From assembly GCA_000320545.1 (NCBI GenBank), contig ADNK01000770.1, forward strand, positions 45,030 through 109,029: 64,000 nt of DNA, written 5' to 3'. Position numbers and translations under genes: made by a program. Shown in pieces: positions 1 through 9,870 of the stretch. This stretch comes from Bigelowiella natans CCMP2755 (Eukaryota; Protista; Cercozoa). The number at the start of each line of letters is the position of its first letter. The stretch's first letter is position 1. The notes under the pieces were generated by a model. It saw only the letters and a program-made list of their open reading frames with translations, was not told where the DNA came from and searched no databases.

Positions 1-1488
1 ATGAACCAAACACAGGTTGCTAGGGAAGCTAAGGGTGGACTTCATACGAATGCAGATCAAATAATGGCGAAATCACGAAGGAAGCACAAACATCGTTGAT
101 TTGAATAACAATCCTGTTTACGGGTGTAGCATTGTGGAACCACACACGCGTTGCGCCATGACAAAGTGTGAGCGCCAGTCGTTTGATCACATCGCAATTG
201 TTCATGTCTCAATTGAAAATCACACACTCCAAATTGACAATAGAATTCGCTACAGAATCGCAGATGTTGCAGTTCACGCCGCACACCGCTGCACAAATTG
301 CCACGGACGTGCGCACAACCACAACCGCATGTCTGAAGCCCGTAGCTGATGAAAATGCTGAACGTGCAGTTTTCACGATGCACACCCAATCTTCATGCAT
401 GTTACAGTGACGTCCAATTGCAAACTCACGTCCACATCGAACTTCAAGCCTTTGCACATTGCACGCACGACGAGTGCTTTGCACGTTTGACATGGTAGAC
501 GGTTCAACAATCGCAAACTTGTTCACACATGACTGGTCACACCAGGTGCCTGGTTTGGCAGCGTCGTGCGGTCAGCATGCTGATTGCACGTGAAGCGTGC
601 GCACCTGTATGTTTTGACGTTTCCTCCGCCCTTGTTGGTTCTTGCATTGCGAACTGTCGTTTTCGACGCGTTTCTCTTTTTTCAGTAGCAACCAGCTAGT
701 CGTCTGTCCAAAATGGGCCCTGCCAAAACACCGACAAGTCGAGTCTGAAAAGTCACGAAGTTTTTGGTGAGTGCAAAGTGTCATTTCCATGGATTTCTGT
801 TCTTGACACACCAGATTCACTGAGTGTGACTGGCGGAGGGTGCCCACAGAGAAGCGCACGAGTGCTCGCTTCTTCCACGACTTGAACAACCTGTTCTGCG
901 AAAACTTCCCACCTGTGGAGAGAACGTGGAAGCATGCATGCAAGACAAGAGACCATCGCCGAATGTGTCAAAAAGGCGGCAGAAGAGAAACGTTTGGAAG
1001 CGAGTTCACGAAACACACGACAACACAAAGTGACGTGTGACAACAACACACGTGTGGGACAGCATCATGCTCGCTAAAAATCCTCTTGGGTGTCCTTGGA
1101 GTGGGGTTTGAACCCTCGCGGCCGAAGCCAGCATCGCAGGAACGGCCTGTGTCATGCACGTTCAGCAACAGAAAGCGGTGCCGATGCCACCGCGTCTGGA
1201 TGGCTAGAAAGCCTGGATGAAGGAACATTCACTCATTGACCTCGAGCGATTTCACGTGCTTGCAACGAACACTCATTGTTCTCCCCACTGATCCTCTCCC
1301 CTCCACAACAAGGAATCGCCTTCAGCCTTGACCGCACCCACCCTTCTAGCTAGCTAGCCTTGTTCGGCAGCGTCCCCTCTTCAAGCTCCGCGTAGATCTG
1401 GGCTCTGCGATGGATGATGTGGCCCTAACGATGACACCACACGCACATGCACAACAAACACACACACGACAGTGCACGTGCTCCCAAA

Positions 1489-1814
1489 TGTAGCGCGTAC
1501 CACTACGCGGGCACAAGTCACGTGCGACAACAAAGGGGTTGTCGCGGATATAGAATATAGATAACGTAGATATTAATACAGCATAGGCACGTGGGTTCCG
1601 GCGGGACTCATGGCAGCACACCGGAAGTGTGCTGCCCCACGTGCGGCGGCATTCGCGAAAGCTTCGCGAATGATTACGCAGTGCACGATTTAATAAAAAT
1701 ATAATCTTTAATAAAAATAAACACAACTCTTCAAAAGGAAGCAAACGTGCCTTTCCCCCCCCCTGCCTACTTGTGCACGTAGCGCCTCGGCCTGTGAACA
1801 CCTTACGCGCAACA
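1489..1814 (+). repeat. 5' LTR
   Basis: TGTAGCGCGTA...TACGCGCAACA imperfect terminal inverted repeat; AATAAA motifs near 1690-1720; matches 6879-7204. Confidence 0.97.
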
Positions 1815-1819
1815 ACCTT

Positions 1820-1837
1820 TGGCTTCCACACACGGGA
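1820..1837 (+). promoter_or_regulatory. Putative primer-binding site
   Basis: TGGCTTCCACACACGGGA 5 nt after the 5' LTR; complementary to a tRNA-like 3' end (...TGTGGAA-G-CCA); cognate tRNA not identified. Confidence 0.65.
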
Positions 1838-1853
1838 AACGATTTGACTAACA

Positions 1854-4800
1854 ATGTCACAGCAGCTAGAAGAACAGCAGGACTTTGGCTCGCAGGCCGT
1901 GCAAGGGCACGAGCAGAAACAGGAAAGGAAGGGCGATACGGACGCTAAGGAAGGAGGAGGAACACCTCCACAGGCACCGCCGGGACCAGCACCCGGGATT
2001 AAGAAAGCAGATGCAGCAGCAGAGGCACTGGAGAACTTCTACGAGGCGGACGACGAGGACGTGGCCGCCGAAAGCAAGAAGGTCGTAATGGCATTACGAG
2101 CCTTGCGACCCAGGGCGAGCAACTACGCCAAACTGAAAGTATCGATAGAATACAAGTATCAGACACATGATGTTTGGGCAGCTATCATGCAGGACATCAT
2201 GGATTACGAAGCAGACTTACCTCCAGAGTGGGCAGCTTTGTTTAGGAACGACGGGGGTCTGGGCGCCTCGCGGGGGACGACCCAGAGCACCGTCAAGCAG
2301 CAGCAGCCGGTACAGCGGAACACCCAGTTCATGTCTGTTAAAACAGCACCGGTTATGATAACGAAATACAACGGGAAAAGAGGTGAGGCAAGGAGGTGGT
2401 GGAAGAACGCTAGGAGTATACTCTGCGACTTTACCCCTAACCCCACCGAAAACGACAAGCTCAAATGGCTAGCTATAATAAAGCAAGCCATGGACCTTTA
2501 CGAGACAGGCAGGACCCGGATCAGGCAGCTAGAGAAAATACACACTACAGTTAGTGGGCTACGAGACGTTGAGGCGATAATGAAGGCTTTTGTAAATGAA
2601 CAGGATGCTAACTCCCTACCCCAGGCTATTAGAAAATACAGAGCAATGATGCAGCATGAGAGAGAACCTGTTAGAGACTTTGCCACGCGCTTCCAGGATA
2701 TGATCGACGAACTACATGATTTTAATTACAACACAGGTGATGATCAGGCAAGGTTTGAAGAGTTCAAGTTAAAGATAAAGGAATCCACTTACGTTACGGA
2801 GAAAGGCTACACCACGATGGAGGCAGCAGTGCAGGCTATATCCCTACGCGAGCAGGAGCAGGACCGCAAGTTTACCAGCCCTAAGGTACCTGGCATAGGA
2901 AACATTAACGCTATTAAGCCGCAGCGAGACTGGTACAAGGACAGGGAAGGTAACCGACGTTGCGGATACTGCTCACGTAAAGGGAAACACACCGCTAAAG
3001 ACTGCAGAGACAGGAAAGAAGGACGACCCAGGATGACGATCAGGCAGCTCAACGAACACTACGAGAAGTTAAAGAGAAAGAAAGGCAGAGGACAAGGATA
3101 TAACAACAGCAAATGGCAAGGCAGCAACAACGGGAAGAACAATAAATATAAGAACAAAAAGCAGAACAGTATCAATGCTATACAGCAGCAGATAAACGGA
3201 ATATTAGATCACCTTAAGCAGGCGCCGACGAAGACAGCAGTACCAGCAACGCAGGACCAAGACAAGCCCATGACCCTAGACGACATAAAGAACTTAGGAG
3301 TATGCAACATTAATGACGAAGACGCTAACAGGACTATCAAAGTTGCTATGACCAAGGTTAAAGTTAAAGACAGCTACGGAGACTACAAGAAACTACCTGC
3401 CCTTTGGGATAGTGGCAGCATGCCGAAGTCCTTCATAAGCCTAAGCACAGTAAGAAGGTTAGGACTATTGGATCAAGTGACTAAGAAAGAACGTAAATAT
3501 GCTCAAGCAGACGGAAGCTCTTCCATGAAGACCGTCGGTGAGCTAATGCTAAAGCTACAGATACCTGGCAGCGACGCGGAGACCCAAATCAAGACCCGAG
3601 TAGCCATGACTTTATCCATGGAACTACTCCTCGGACAGGATGCCCTAGAAAAATTAGGGGGGATCATATCATTCTACAATCACAAGATATACTTTGCTAA
3701 GTTGCCAAAGAAGTCAGGCAGGACCATCAGCCAGAACATGATACGGCTTGACGAGTGGACCTCTGAGTCAAGCGTTAATGCGTTAGAGTTTATGGACCTA
3801 GCGGACAACAAGCTACCTACACCTACCGAGCTACGGAAGAAGAACCCCGGCAAGACCATCCGACAGATAACGGAGCTACTGGACAAGACCCCCCCAGCTG
3901 ATGATTGGGATATCGACAAAGGCAAAAAGTACATTAATAAAATATTAAACGAGAAGTACTCTGACATCACCAAGCCGACGACGAAGCCCTCCAGCAAGCT
4001 TACCCCAGTAAAGATCGAGCTAAAGAAGGGATACGAAGAGTGCATCATCAATGACCCAGAACATAGGCGACCGGAAGCGGACTGGGAAAAGATAGAGTGG
4101 CAGATCAATGAATGGGCAAAGGAAGGGAAGATAGAGCCAAGCAACTCACCATGGAACGTGAGACATGTGCTAGCTAAGAAACCTACTTACCCTTTCTTCC
4201 GCCTGGCGCACAACTTCATCCGCCACAACCGAGTAATAAAGAGGATCCAGACACCTACACCAAGGATAGATGACGTTATTGAACACGTCATAGGATACAA
4301 ATACTACTCTTCCCTAGATAAAAATGAATCATACATGCAGACACCCATCCACAAAACCTCCCGCCCCATTACCGCGTTCTCCAGCAGGCACAGGAAGTGG
4401 CACTTCGTCGTATTCCCTTACGGCCTAAGCATATCAGGGGATGCGTTCAGTAGTCAGAACTACAGGGCATACACACATGATGGGATGGCGTCTGTGTTGT
4501 GGGTGTTTGTGTTTGTGTATGTGGATGATGACATAATATGTACCAACACAGTCGTCGCTCAGATCTTCCTCCTGGAAAATATATTTATTAGGTTTGCACA
4601 CTTCGGTTTTACTATTAGACTGCAGAAGTGTACATTCCTAGCTACAAGAATCAAGTGGTGTGGATATTACCTGGAGCAAGGCCGCATCACCCCAAACCCC
4701 GAGAAAGTAGCAGCACTACAGCAAGCCCCTAAACCTAAGAATGCAAAGGAGTTAAAGTCATTCTTGCAGACTGCAGCTTGGATACTACGTAGGTTCTCCC

Positions 4801-6827
4801 CTACCTACGCTAGGACTGCAGCTGCTTTTACTACTGCTTACCGGAAGGAGAACTCTGTAGGCCTCAGCTTCGCTAAGGTGTGGGCCAAGGCTGGCCTTGA
4901 TGCCCACTTCGATAACCTAATAAAGTTATGCAGCAACACCCTATTGAATGCTAAGCTAGACACTACTAGACCAGCTACCCTATGGACAGACTGGTCTAAG
5001 CTAGGTATGGCTGCTGTACTTACCCAAGACCAGCAGATCATACGGGTGTGGGGCAGGGCCTGCACAGCAGCTGAGGCCAAGTACAGCCCTACAAAAGGAG
5101 AGTATAAAGCCATGACTGAGGCGCAGAGGAAACTAAGATACTACCTGCTGTCGGTGCCCAGCTTCACCTTAATGACTGACCACAAGCCCCTCCTAGGCAT
5201 CGACCGCAAGCTCGAAGCGCCTAACGATGAGTATGCAGCTATGAGGGCGGACACGGAAGAGTTTAGGGACAAGAGGACAGTGGTCTACGCACCAGGAGAC
5301 AAGCAGCTTGCTGACTATTTCAGCAGGCTGTTCGAAAAGAAAGTCCCTACCCAGGTCACCCCTATGGTTAACGCGATTACCTTCGAGGACGGCGACTTCC
5401 TGCCTGAGCCAGAGGAGCTCCAGCACCTTCAAGAACACCTGGATAAATACAAACACAAGCATGAGGTACTTAGTGATAGGATATATGTATACACTAATAA
5501 TGTTAGGCGTACCTACGTGCCACGGCGGACCAGGGGAGCCCTTCTCTTTACCGCCCATGGACCTGCACACGTAGGAGAAAACCATATCACTGCTCTACTC
5601 TACCATTACTACTGGCCCTACAAGCTAAAAGAGATAAGGACATACCTGCGTGGCTGCAGGTGCTCCAGCTTGAAGGCGGCAGGCGTCGCCACCAAGGAGT
5701 CCAGCAAGAGCCGTGCATCTAAGAAAATCAAAGCAAGGAACTTCTTAGATATCGTGCAAATTGATGTTTATAAGTACGATGGCTATCACTACCTTACCTT
5801 CGTTGATGTGGCCACTGGAAAGTGCTGGGTTAAAAAGATTATCAAGGTCAACGTTGCTAAGAAGAACAAAGGCTTATATAAGCAGAGGCTTACTAACTGC
5901 TACCGTACCTGGGAGTCTGAGCTCCAGGCTATCCCTGATGAAGTTAGCATAAACAAGATACCAAAGAAGTTACATGTGGATAATGAGACCTCTCTTCTAC
6001 AGCTACCACACCCTAATATTGATGCCTCACCTGTATACTATGCCCAGTCCAACTCCAAGGTAGAGCGACTCCACCGCACCTTGGCCAACCTAAGCAGGAT
6101 AAATAGCACCACACCAGACAAGATACAAGGGTTAGTAAACGACACCTTCACGTCTGGGGGAGGTATCAAGGATAAGGAGAGGGAAGAAGGCGACGACAAC
6201 GACGACGATACCGAGAGCGAAGACGAGAAGGTCCCGTACGATGGCCGAGTTCTAAAGGAAGGACAGTATGTTAGGGCCAAGGTAAATCTGAGATCGAGAA
6301 ATAAACAAGACCCCTTCTGGGGTGGCGTTGCAAAGGTTACCGAGAGGAAGGGGAGGAAGCAGTACTACATCTATGATGGGAACAGGGTCACCTTGCGCCA
6401 CATCAGTCACCTAAAGAATTATGATATCGGTGAGAAGCTCCTAGAGGATGTTAAAGTAAACCCTACTGTGTGGGAGCGAGCAATGCCTTGTTTAGGACCC
6501 CGACCTAAGTTCGATGTGGAATATGGAAACAATAAGGTCAGGGTGAACGACGATTGGCGCATGAAGATTGTCTATCTAGGCTACCCTGGATTACGAAATA
6601 TGGAGAGGGTAGCTATGAAAATAAAGGACGGAAAATATCAGCTACTCTACCTAGCTGTTCCCGACTTACCCTTTGAGCACTGGTATAAGGTCCTGGGGGA
6701 CCTTGATGCAGAGGGCTGGTATGGACACGAACCTAAGGACGAAGGTGAGTTCTGGGTAAGCGACAAAGGAGATAAGGTTAGAGAGGAATCTATTACCTGG
6801 TGGTTGGTGAAGTTCCGAAAGCGATGA
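1854..6827 (+). CDS. Gag-Pol polyprotein, 1657 aa (Gag with zinc knuckle, aspartic protease, RT, RNase H, integrase, C-terminal MTase-like extension)
   Basis: CGYCSRKGKHTAKDC knuckle; LWDSGS protease; VYVDD RT; LWTDWS and TDHKPL RNase H; AHGPAH..CRC, QIDVY, HVDNE, SKVERLHRTL integrase; GPY/F-like DPFWGG..HISHLK. Confidence 0.96.
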   Translation: MSQQLEEQQDFGSQAVQGHEQKQERKGDTDAKEGGGTPPQAPPGPAPGIKKADAAAEALENFYEADDEDVAAESKKVVMALRALRPRASNYAKLKVSIEYKYQTHDVWAAIMQDIMDYEADLPPEWAALFRNDGGLGASRGTTQSTVKQQQPVQRNTQFMSVKTAPVMITKYNGKRGEARRWWKNARSILCDFTPNPTENDKLKWLAIIKQAMDLYETGRTRIRQLEKIHTTVSGLRDVEAIMKAFVNEQDANSLPQAIRKYRAMMQHEREPVRDFATRFQDMIDELHDFNYNTGDDQARFEEFKLKIKESTYVTEKGYTTMEAAVQAISLREQEQDRKFTSPKVPGIGNINAIKPQRDWYKDREGNRRCGYCSRKGKHTAKDCRDRKEGRPRMTIRQLNEHYEKLKRKKGRGQGYNNSKWQGSNNGKNNKYKNKKQNSINAIQQQINGILDHLKQAPTKTAVPATQDQDKPMTLDDIKNLGVCNINDEDANRTIKVAMTKVKVKDSYGDYKKLPALWDSGSMPKSFISLSTVRRLGLLDQVTKKERKYAQADGSSSMKTVGELMLKLQIPGSDAETQIKTRVAMTLSMELLLGQDALEKLGGIISFYNHKIYFAKLPKKSGRTISQNMIRLDEWTSESSVNALEFMDLADNKLPTPTELRKKNPGKTIRQITELLDKTPPADDWDIDKGKKYINKILNEKYSDITKPTTKPSSKLTPVKIELKKGYEECIINDPEHRRPEADWEKIEWQINEWAKEGKIEPSNSPWNVRHVLAKKPTYPFFRLAHNFIRHNRVIKRIQTPTPRIDDVIEHVIGYKYYSSLDKNESYMQTPIHKTSRPITAFSSRHRKWHFVVFPYGLSISGDAFSSQNYRAYTHDGMASVLWVFVFVYVDDDIICTNTVVAQIFLLENIFIRFAHFGFTIRLQKCTFLATRIKWCGYYLEQGRITPNPEKVAALQQAPKPKNAKELKSFLQTAAWILRRFSPTYARTAAAFTTAYRKENSVGLSFAKVWAKAGLDAHFDNLIKLCSNTLLNAKLDTTRPATLWTDWSKLGMAAVLTQDQQIIRVWGRACTAAEAKYSPTKGEYKAMTEAQRKLRYYLLSVPSFTLMTDHKPLLGIDRKLEAPNDEYAAMRADTEEFRDKRTVVYAPGDKQLADYFSRLFEKKVPTQVTPMVNAITFEDGDFLPEPEELQHLQEHLDKYKHKHEVLSDRIYVYTNNVRRTYVPRRTRGALLFTAHGPAHVGENHITALLYHYYWPYKLKEIRTYLRGCRCSSLKAAGVATKESSKSRASKKIKARNFLDIVQIDVYKYDGYHYLTFVDVATGKCWVKKIIKVNVAKKNKGLYKQRLTNCYRTWESELQAIPDEVSINKIPKKLHVDNETSLLQLPHPNIDASPVYYAQSNSKVERLHRTLANLSRINSTTPDKIQGLVNDTFTSGGGIKDKEREEGDDNDDDTESEDEKVPYDGRVLKEGQYVRAKVNLRSRNKQDPFWGGVAKVTERKGRKQYYIYDGNRVTLRHISHLKNYDIGEKLLEDVKVNPTVWERAMPCLGPRPKFDVEYGNNKVRVNDDWRMKIVYLGYPGLRNMERVAMKIKDGKYQLLYLAVPDLPFEHWYKVLGDLDAEGWYGHEPKDEGEFWVSDKGDKVREESITWWLVKFRKR

Positions 6828-6870
6828 AGGTCTAAGGGAATAAGGAAGGAAGGAAGGAGCAACGTGACTT

Positions 6871-6878
6871 GGGGGAGG
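6871..6878 (+). promoter_or_regulatory. Polypurine tract
   Basis: GGGGGAGG directly abutting the 3' LTR, downstream of a purine-rich stretch. Confidence 0.85.
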
Positions 6879-7204
6879 TGTAGCGCGTACCACTACGCGG
6901 GCACAAGTCACGTGCGACAACAAAGGGGTTGTCGCGGATATAGAATATAGATAACGTAGATATTAATACAGCATAGGCACGTGGGTTCCGGCGGGACTCA
7001 TGGCAGCACACCGGAAGTGTGCTGCCCCACGTGCGGCGGCATTCGCGAAAGCTTCGCGAATGATTACGCAGTGCACGATTTAATAAAAATATAATCTTTA
7101 ATAAAAATAAACACAACTCTTCAAAAGGAAGCAAACGTGCCTTTCCCCCCCCCTGCCTACTTGTGCACGTAGCGCCTCGGCCTGTGAACACCTTACGCGC
7201 AACA
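6879..7204 (+). repeat. 3' LTR
   Basis: Same sequence as 1489-1814; preceded by the PPT and followed by the TSD. Confidence 0.97.
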
Positions 7205-7483
7205 CAAATGACGACGGGCATGTGAGGATGTGTGCTCGCACGTTTGGGTGTGACCTCTGACAATTTCCAAAAATTCTCTGCAATCAATCAGGATATTTTT
7301 AAAATGAATCGGGATTTTTCTACGACATGTGAACATTTAGTGCAAATGGAACATGAATGCCATGTGTTTCTGATTACGTCATTTCAACAGAAGGTGAATT
7401 TACAAGGTGCGACTCGCAATCAAATTTTGTGTGTCATGATGCTTTCTTGATCGAACCCCCTCCGTACAAGCTGAAGCTACAGA

Positions 7484-7995
7484 ATGCGAATTTACGTGAA
7501 GATCTACACGTCGAGGCCCGTTACCCTCAATGATGTCAAAATGTCCGACACCATAAAAACCGTCAAGCAGAAGATCAAGGATAAGGAGGCAATCCCAACT
7601 GATCAGTACCGTCTCATCTTTGCTGGAAAGCTGCTTGAGGATGACAAAAAATTATCTGACTACAACGTCCAGAATGATTCTACCCTTTACTACAATCCTG
7701 CTCCAGCATGATTCTACCCTTACTTCGTTCTACGCCTTCGTGGTGGCTCTTTATCAAGGGGCAGTGACAGTGATTCCATCGATATGACTGCTGAGTTTAT
7801 TGTTACCGAGAACGGAAGTTGTTCGATTAGGACTGGTGTTGGTGGAGATCCTTGAGTTCGAGGCTGAGTCTTCCGCGTGTAAGGAGTACCACTACCTTCC
7901 TGATGGAAAATACATTGACGTCGATAGTGAGCGTCTTTTTCAAACCACATCTTATCGGACTTAAGTAGCAGGGTCGTTCGACTCACGAATCTGTC
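7484..7995 (+). pseudogene. Decayed ubiquitin-actin fusion gene
   Basis: Ubiquitin-like ORF 7484-7711 broken by a 33-nt imperfect duplication containing TGA. Same frame resumes YFVLRLRGG, then actin N-terminus-like EFIVTENGSCSIRTGVGGD. After a large deletion and frameshift come YLPDGKYIDVDSERLFQ and PHLIGL (actin ELPDGQVITIGNER..LFQPSFLG). Confidence 0.8.
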
Positions 7996-8853
7996 ATTAA
8001 TTGCTTGGTTTGAATGGATGGTAGGTCTATTGGAAACTCAGGGAACGATAGACAACAGAGCCAAAACTCCAGTGGCCCCGATAGCAAAGATGAAAAAATA
8101 CAGACATGATTGCAAGAAAGAGCATAGTTACAGACACAACGTAATGTAATACAGCACAAATTACCTAGGCTTGCCTAGATAACTAGATGGTGAGTAGCCG
8201 TCACATAGCGCAGTATTTGTGATATGTTTCATGAGCGAATTATTGCGACGAAAATGTTTTGCACATCGTGCATGTAGATCAGAAATCACGCATGCAGCAT
8301 GGCATGTACATGAAGGCTGCATCGGCTAGGATGGCTAAATTGCAATTAGCTCACATGCAGACAAGTACGCGCTCATTGGTGGTCATGACCAACCACATGA
8401 ATGGTACCGAAACATTTAACACCATGTTTCACATGAGCTGTCGATCTATTTATTGAGACAATGTTTCAACCAATAAATGATGAACCGCCTTACTAACTAC
8501 ATGGATTTATCAATTTATTTGCACATTTTGCGTCTCATATGATGTTGCTCCATGTACATGTACGCGCGTGCGGCACATCGCGGGCGCAACAACAATACCA
8601 CATTTGCAAACATGAAGCACATAATCGCCGAAACAAGCAAACACAACCTTGGCGCTGTAGCCGCCATATAGCCGCCGTATAGCCGCTTTGCATAGCTATG
8701 TTAGGATATTAGGATGACTAATGAAAAAATGTAATGATTCATTACATATGTCCCAAATGTACACATAGGCTTGGTATGTAAATATATTATTTTGACTTCG
8801 ATGTCAACCTTGAGCGAACGTATGATTATAATTGAGTGCTACTGCTCGTCAAA

Positions 8854-9870
8854 TCAAGACTCTGGCGCAACCTTGTGGCAAGGTTTTTCAGCTCCGAGAA
8901 CAGTTGATGCCGAGGAGCACCTTGGATGGCAAGGGAATTTATATGCTGGGTCTTCCTCGGGAGGTGGGGGTGTAAGACCAAAGCAAAACTCGCAGCTTTT
9001 GTCTTCATAATTCGGGTTTATCGTCATCGTCACCCCAAAGTTGTCCCGAAAGAAAGCTTCTGTGGGACGCTTACACAAATTAATGCACATACCGGTACAT
9101 GCACTTTCCTGCAACCACCTACACTTTTTTATCTTTACTTTCGACGCCATTGGGGTTTTGGCATTGTTATCTGTCGTTTCCTGGGTTTCCATTGGACCTA
9201 CCAGCCATTCAAACCCAGTCTCTGTGACTTTCGCAAAAAGCTCGTAAGTGAGTTTGTTTTCCGGAAACATTCCGACGAACATTGTCTTCCCAGGTCCTGG
9301 AGGTAGAAATGATCTTAAAACCTTTAAGCTTGCCTCGGTTTGATCACCAGGTCCTTTTCCTTGGATGGAAGCAAAGCATAACTTAATGAAGTCCTCATAC
9401 GTGATGTTTTCTGGGAGTTCCTGTTCCATTTCCCTCGCCATCCCCTTCATAAATATTCCAAGCATATGCGAATCAAAAGCTGAGTCCTCATAAGTTGCTC
9501 GGGCGTCGGGCAGGTTCCATCCTTCTGGGAAATGTGCTACGCCGGCTCCGAAAGGAGAATACTTAACATCCTCTGCGGGAGCAGGCTCTGGCATTTCACC
9601 GCCAACCGAAGACCTTCTCAATAATCTGCCTATTCTTTTTATTTGGTTTTGGCGAAGTCCCACTCGCGTTCTCGGCCCGTTCAAAGTTGGCATCCGTATC
9701 TGCATTGAAGGGGATTGTGCCGAAATGGTACCCCCTATTGAGACTCCGAAGAACATTGTAAGAGCCGCGGCGGAGAGGAAGGTCGCGGATGCAATTACTC
9801 GCAATGAAAACCGCGAGGTAGGATGAGGGAATGGGGCAAGAGAGGTGGTAGCGTGGTTATCCGTCATCAT
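8854..9870 (-). CDS. D27: Beta-carotene isomerase D27-like (DUF4033) protein, intronless, with bipartite plastid-type leader
   Basis: FEWLVGP, KKCRWLQESACTGMCINLCKRPTEAFF..MTINPNYEDKSCEFCFG..PPP.EEDP motif; N-terminal hydrophobic segment followed by an Arg-rich transit-like region. Confidence 0.92.
   Translation of the reverse strand: MMTDNHATTSLAPFPHPTSRFSLRVIASATFLSAAALTMFFGVSIGGTISAQSPSMQIRMPTLNGPRTRVGLRQNQIKRIGRLLRRSSVGGEMPEPAPAEDVKYSPFGAGVAHFPEGWNLPDARATYEDSAFDSHMLGIFMKGMAREMEQELPENITYEDFIKLCFASIQGKGPGDQTEASLKVLRSFLPPGPGKTMFVGMFPENKLTYELFAKVTETGFEWLVGPMETQETTDNNAKTPMASKVKIKKCRWLQESACTGMCINLCKRPTEAFFRDNFGVTMTINPNYEDKSCEFCFGLTPPPPEEDPAYKFPCHPRCSSASTVLGAEKPCHKVAPES

Larger units (their letters stand above)
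1489..7204 (+). mobile_element. Full-length Ty3/Gypsy LTR retrotransposon, apparently intact and recent
   Basis: Two 326-bp TG...CA LTRs (1489-1814, 6879-7204), identical by eye; 4-bp TSD CAAA (1485-1488, 7205-7208); PBS-like and PPT sequences; single gag-pol ORF with PR-RT-RH-IN order. Confidence 0.97.

Noticed and set aside
1090-1135. tRNA-Leu/Ser-like 3' half on the minus strand (GGCTTCGGCC arm, GGTTCAAACCC T-loop)
   Set aside because: No matching D-arm, anticodon arm or acceptor stem at the proper spacing; at most a decayed tRNA/SINE fragment
1346-1831. Antisense ORFs across both LTRs (also 6832-7287)
   Set aside because: They are duplicated only because the LTR is duplicated, extend into unrelated flanks, and show no recognisable motifs
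7709-7711. In-frame TGA in the ubiquitin relic as readthrough or selenocysteine
   Set aside because: It lies within an imperfect duplication, and the downstream actin part is deleted and frameshifted, consistent with decay
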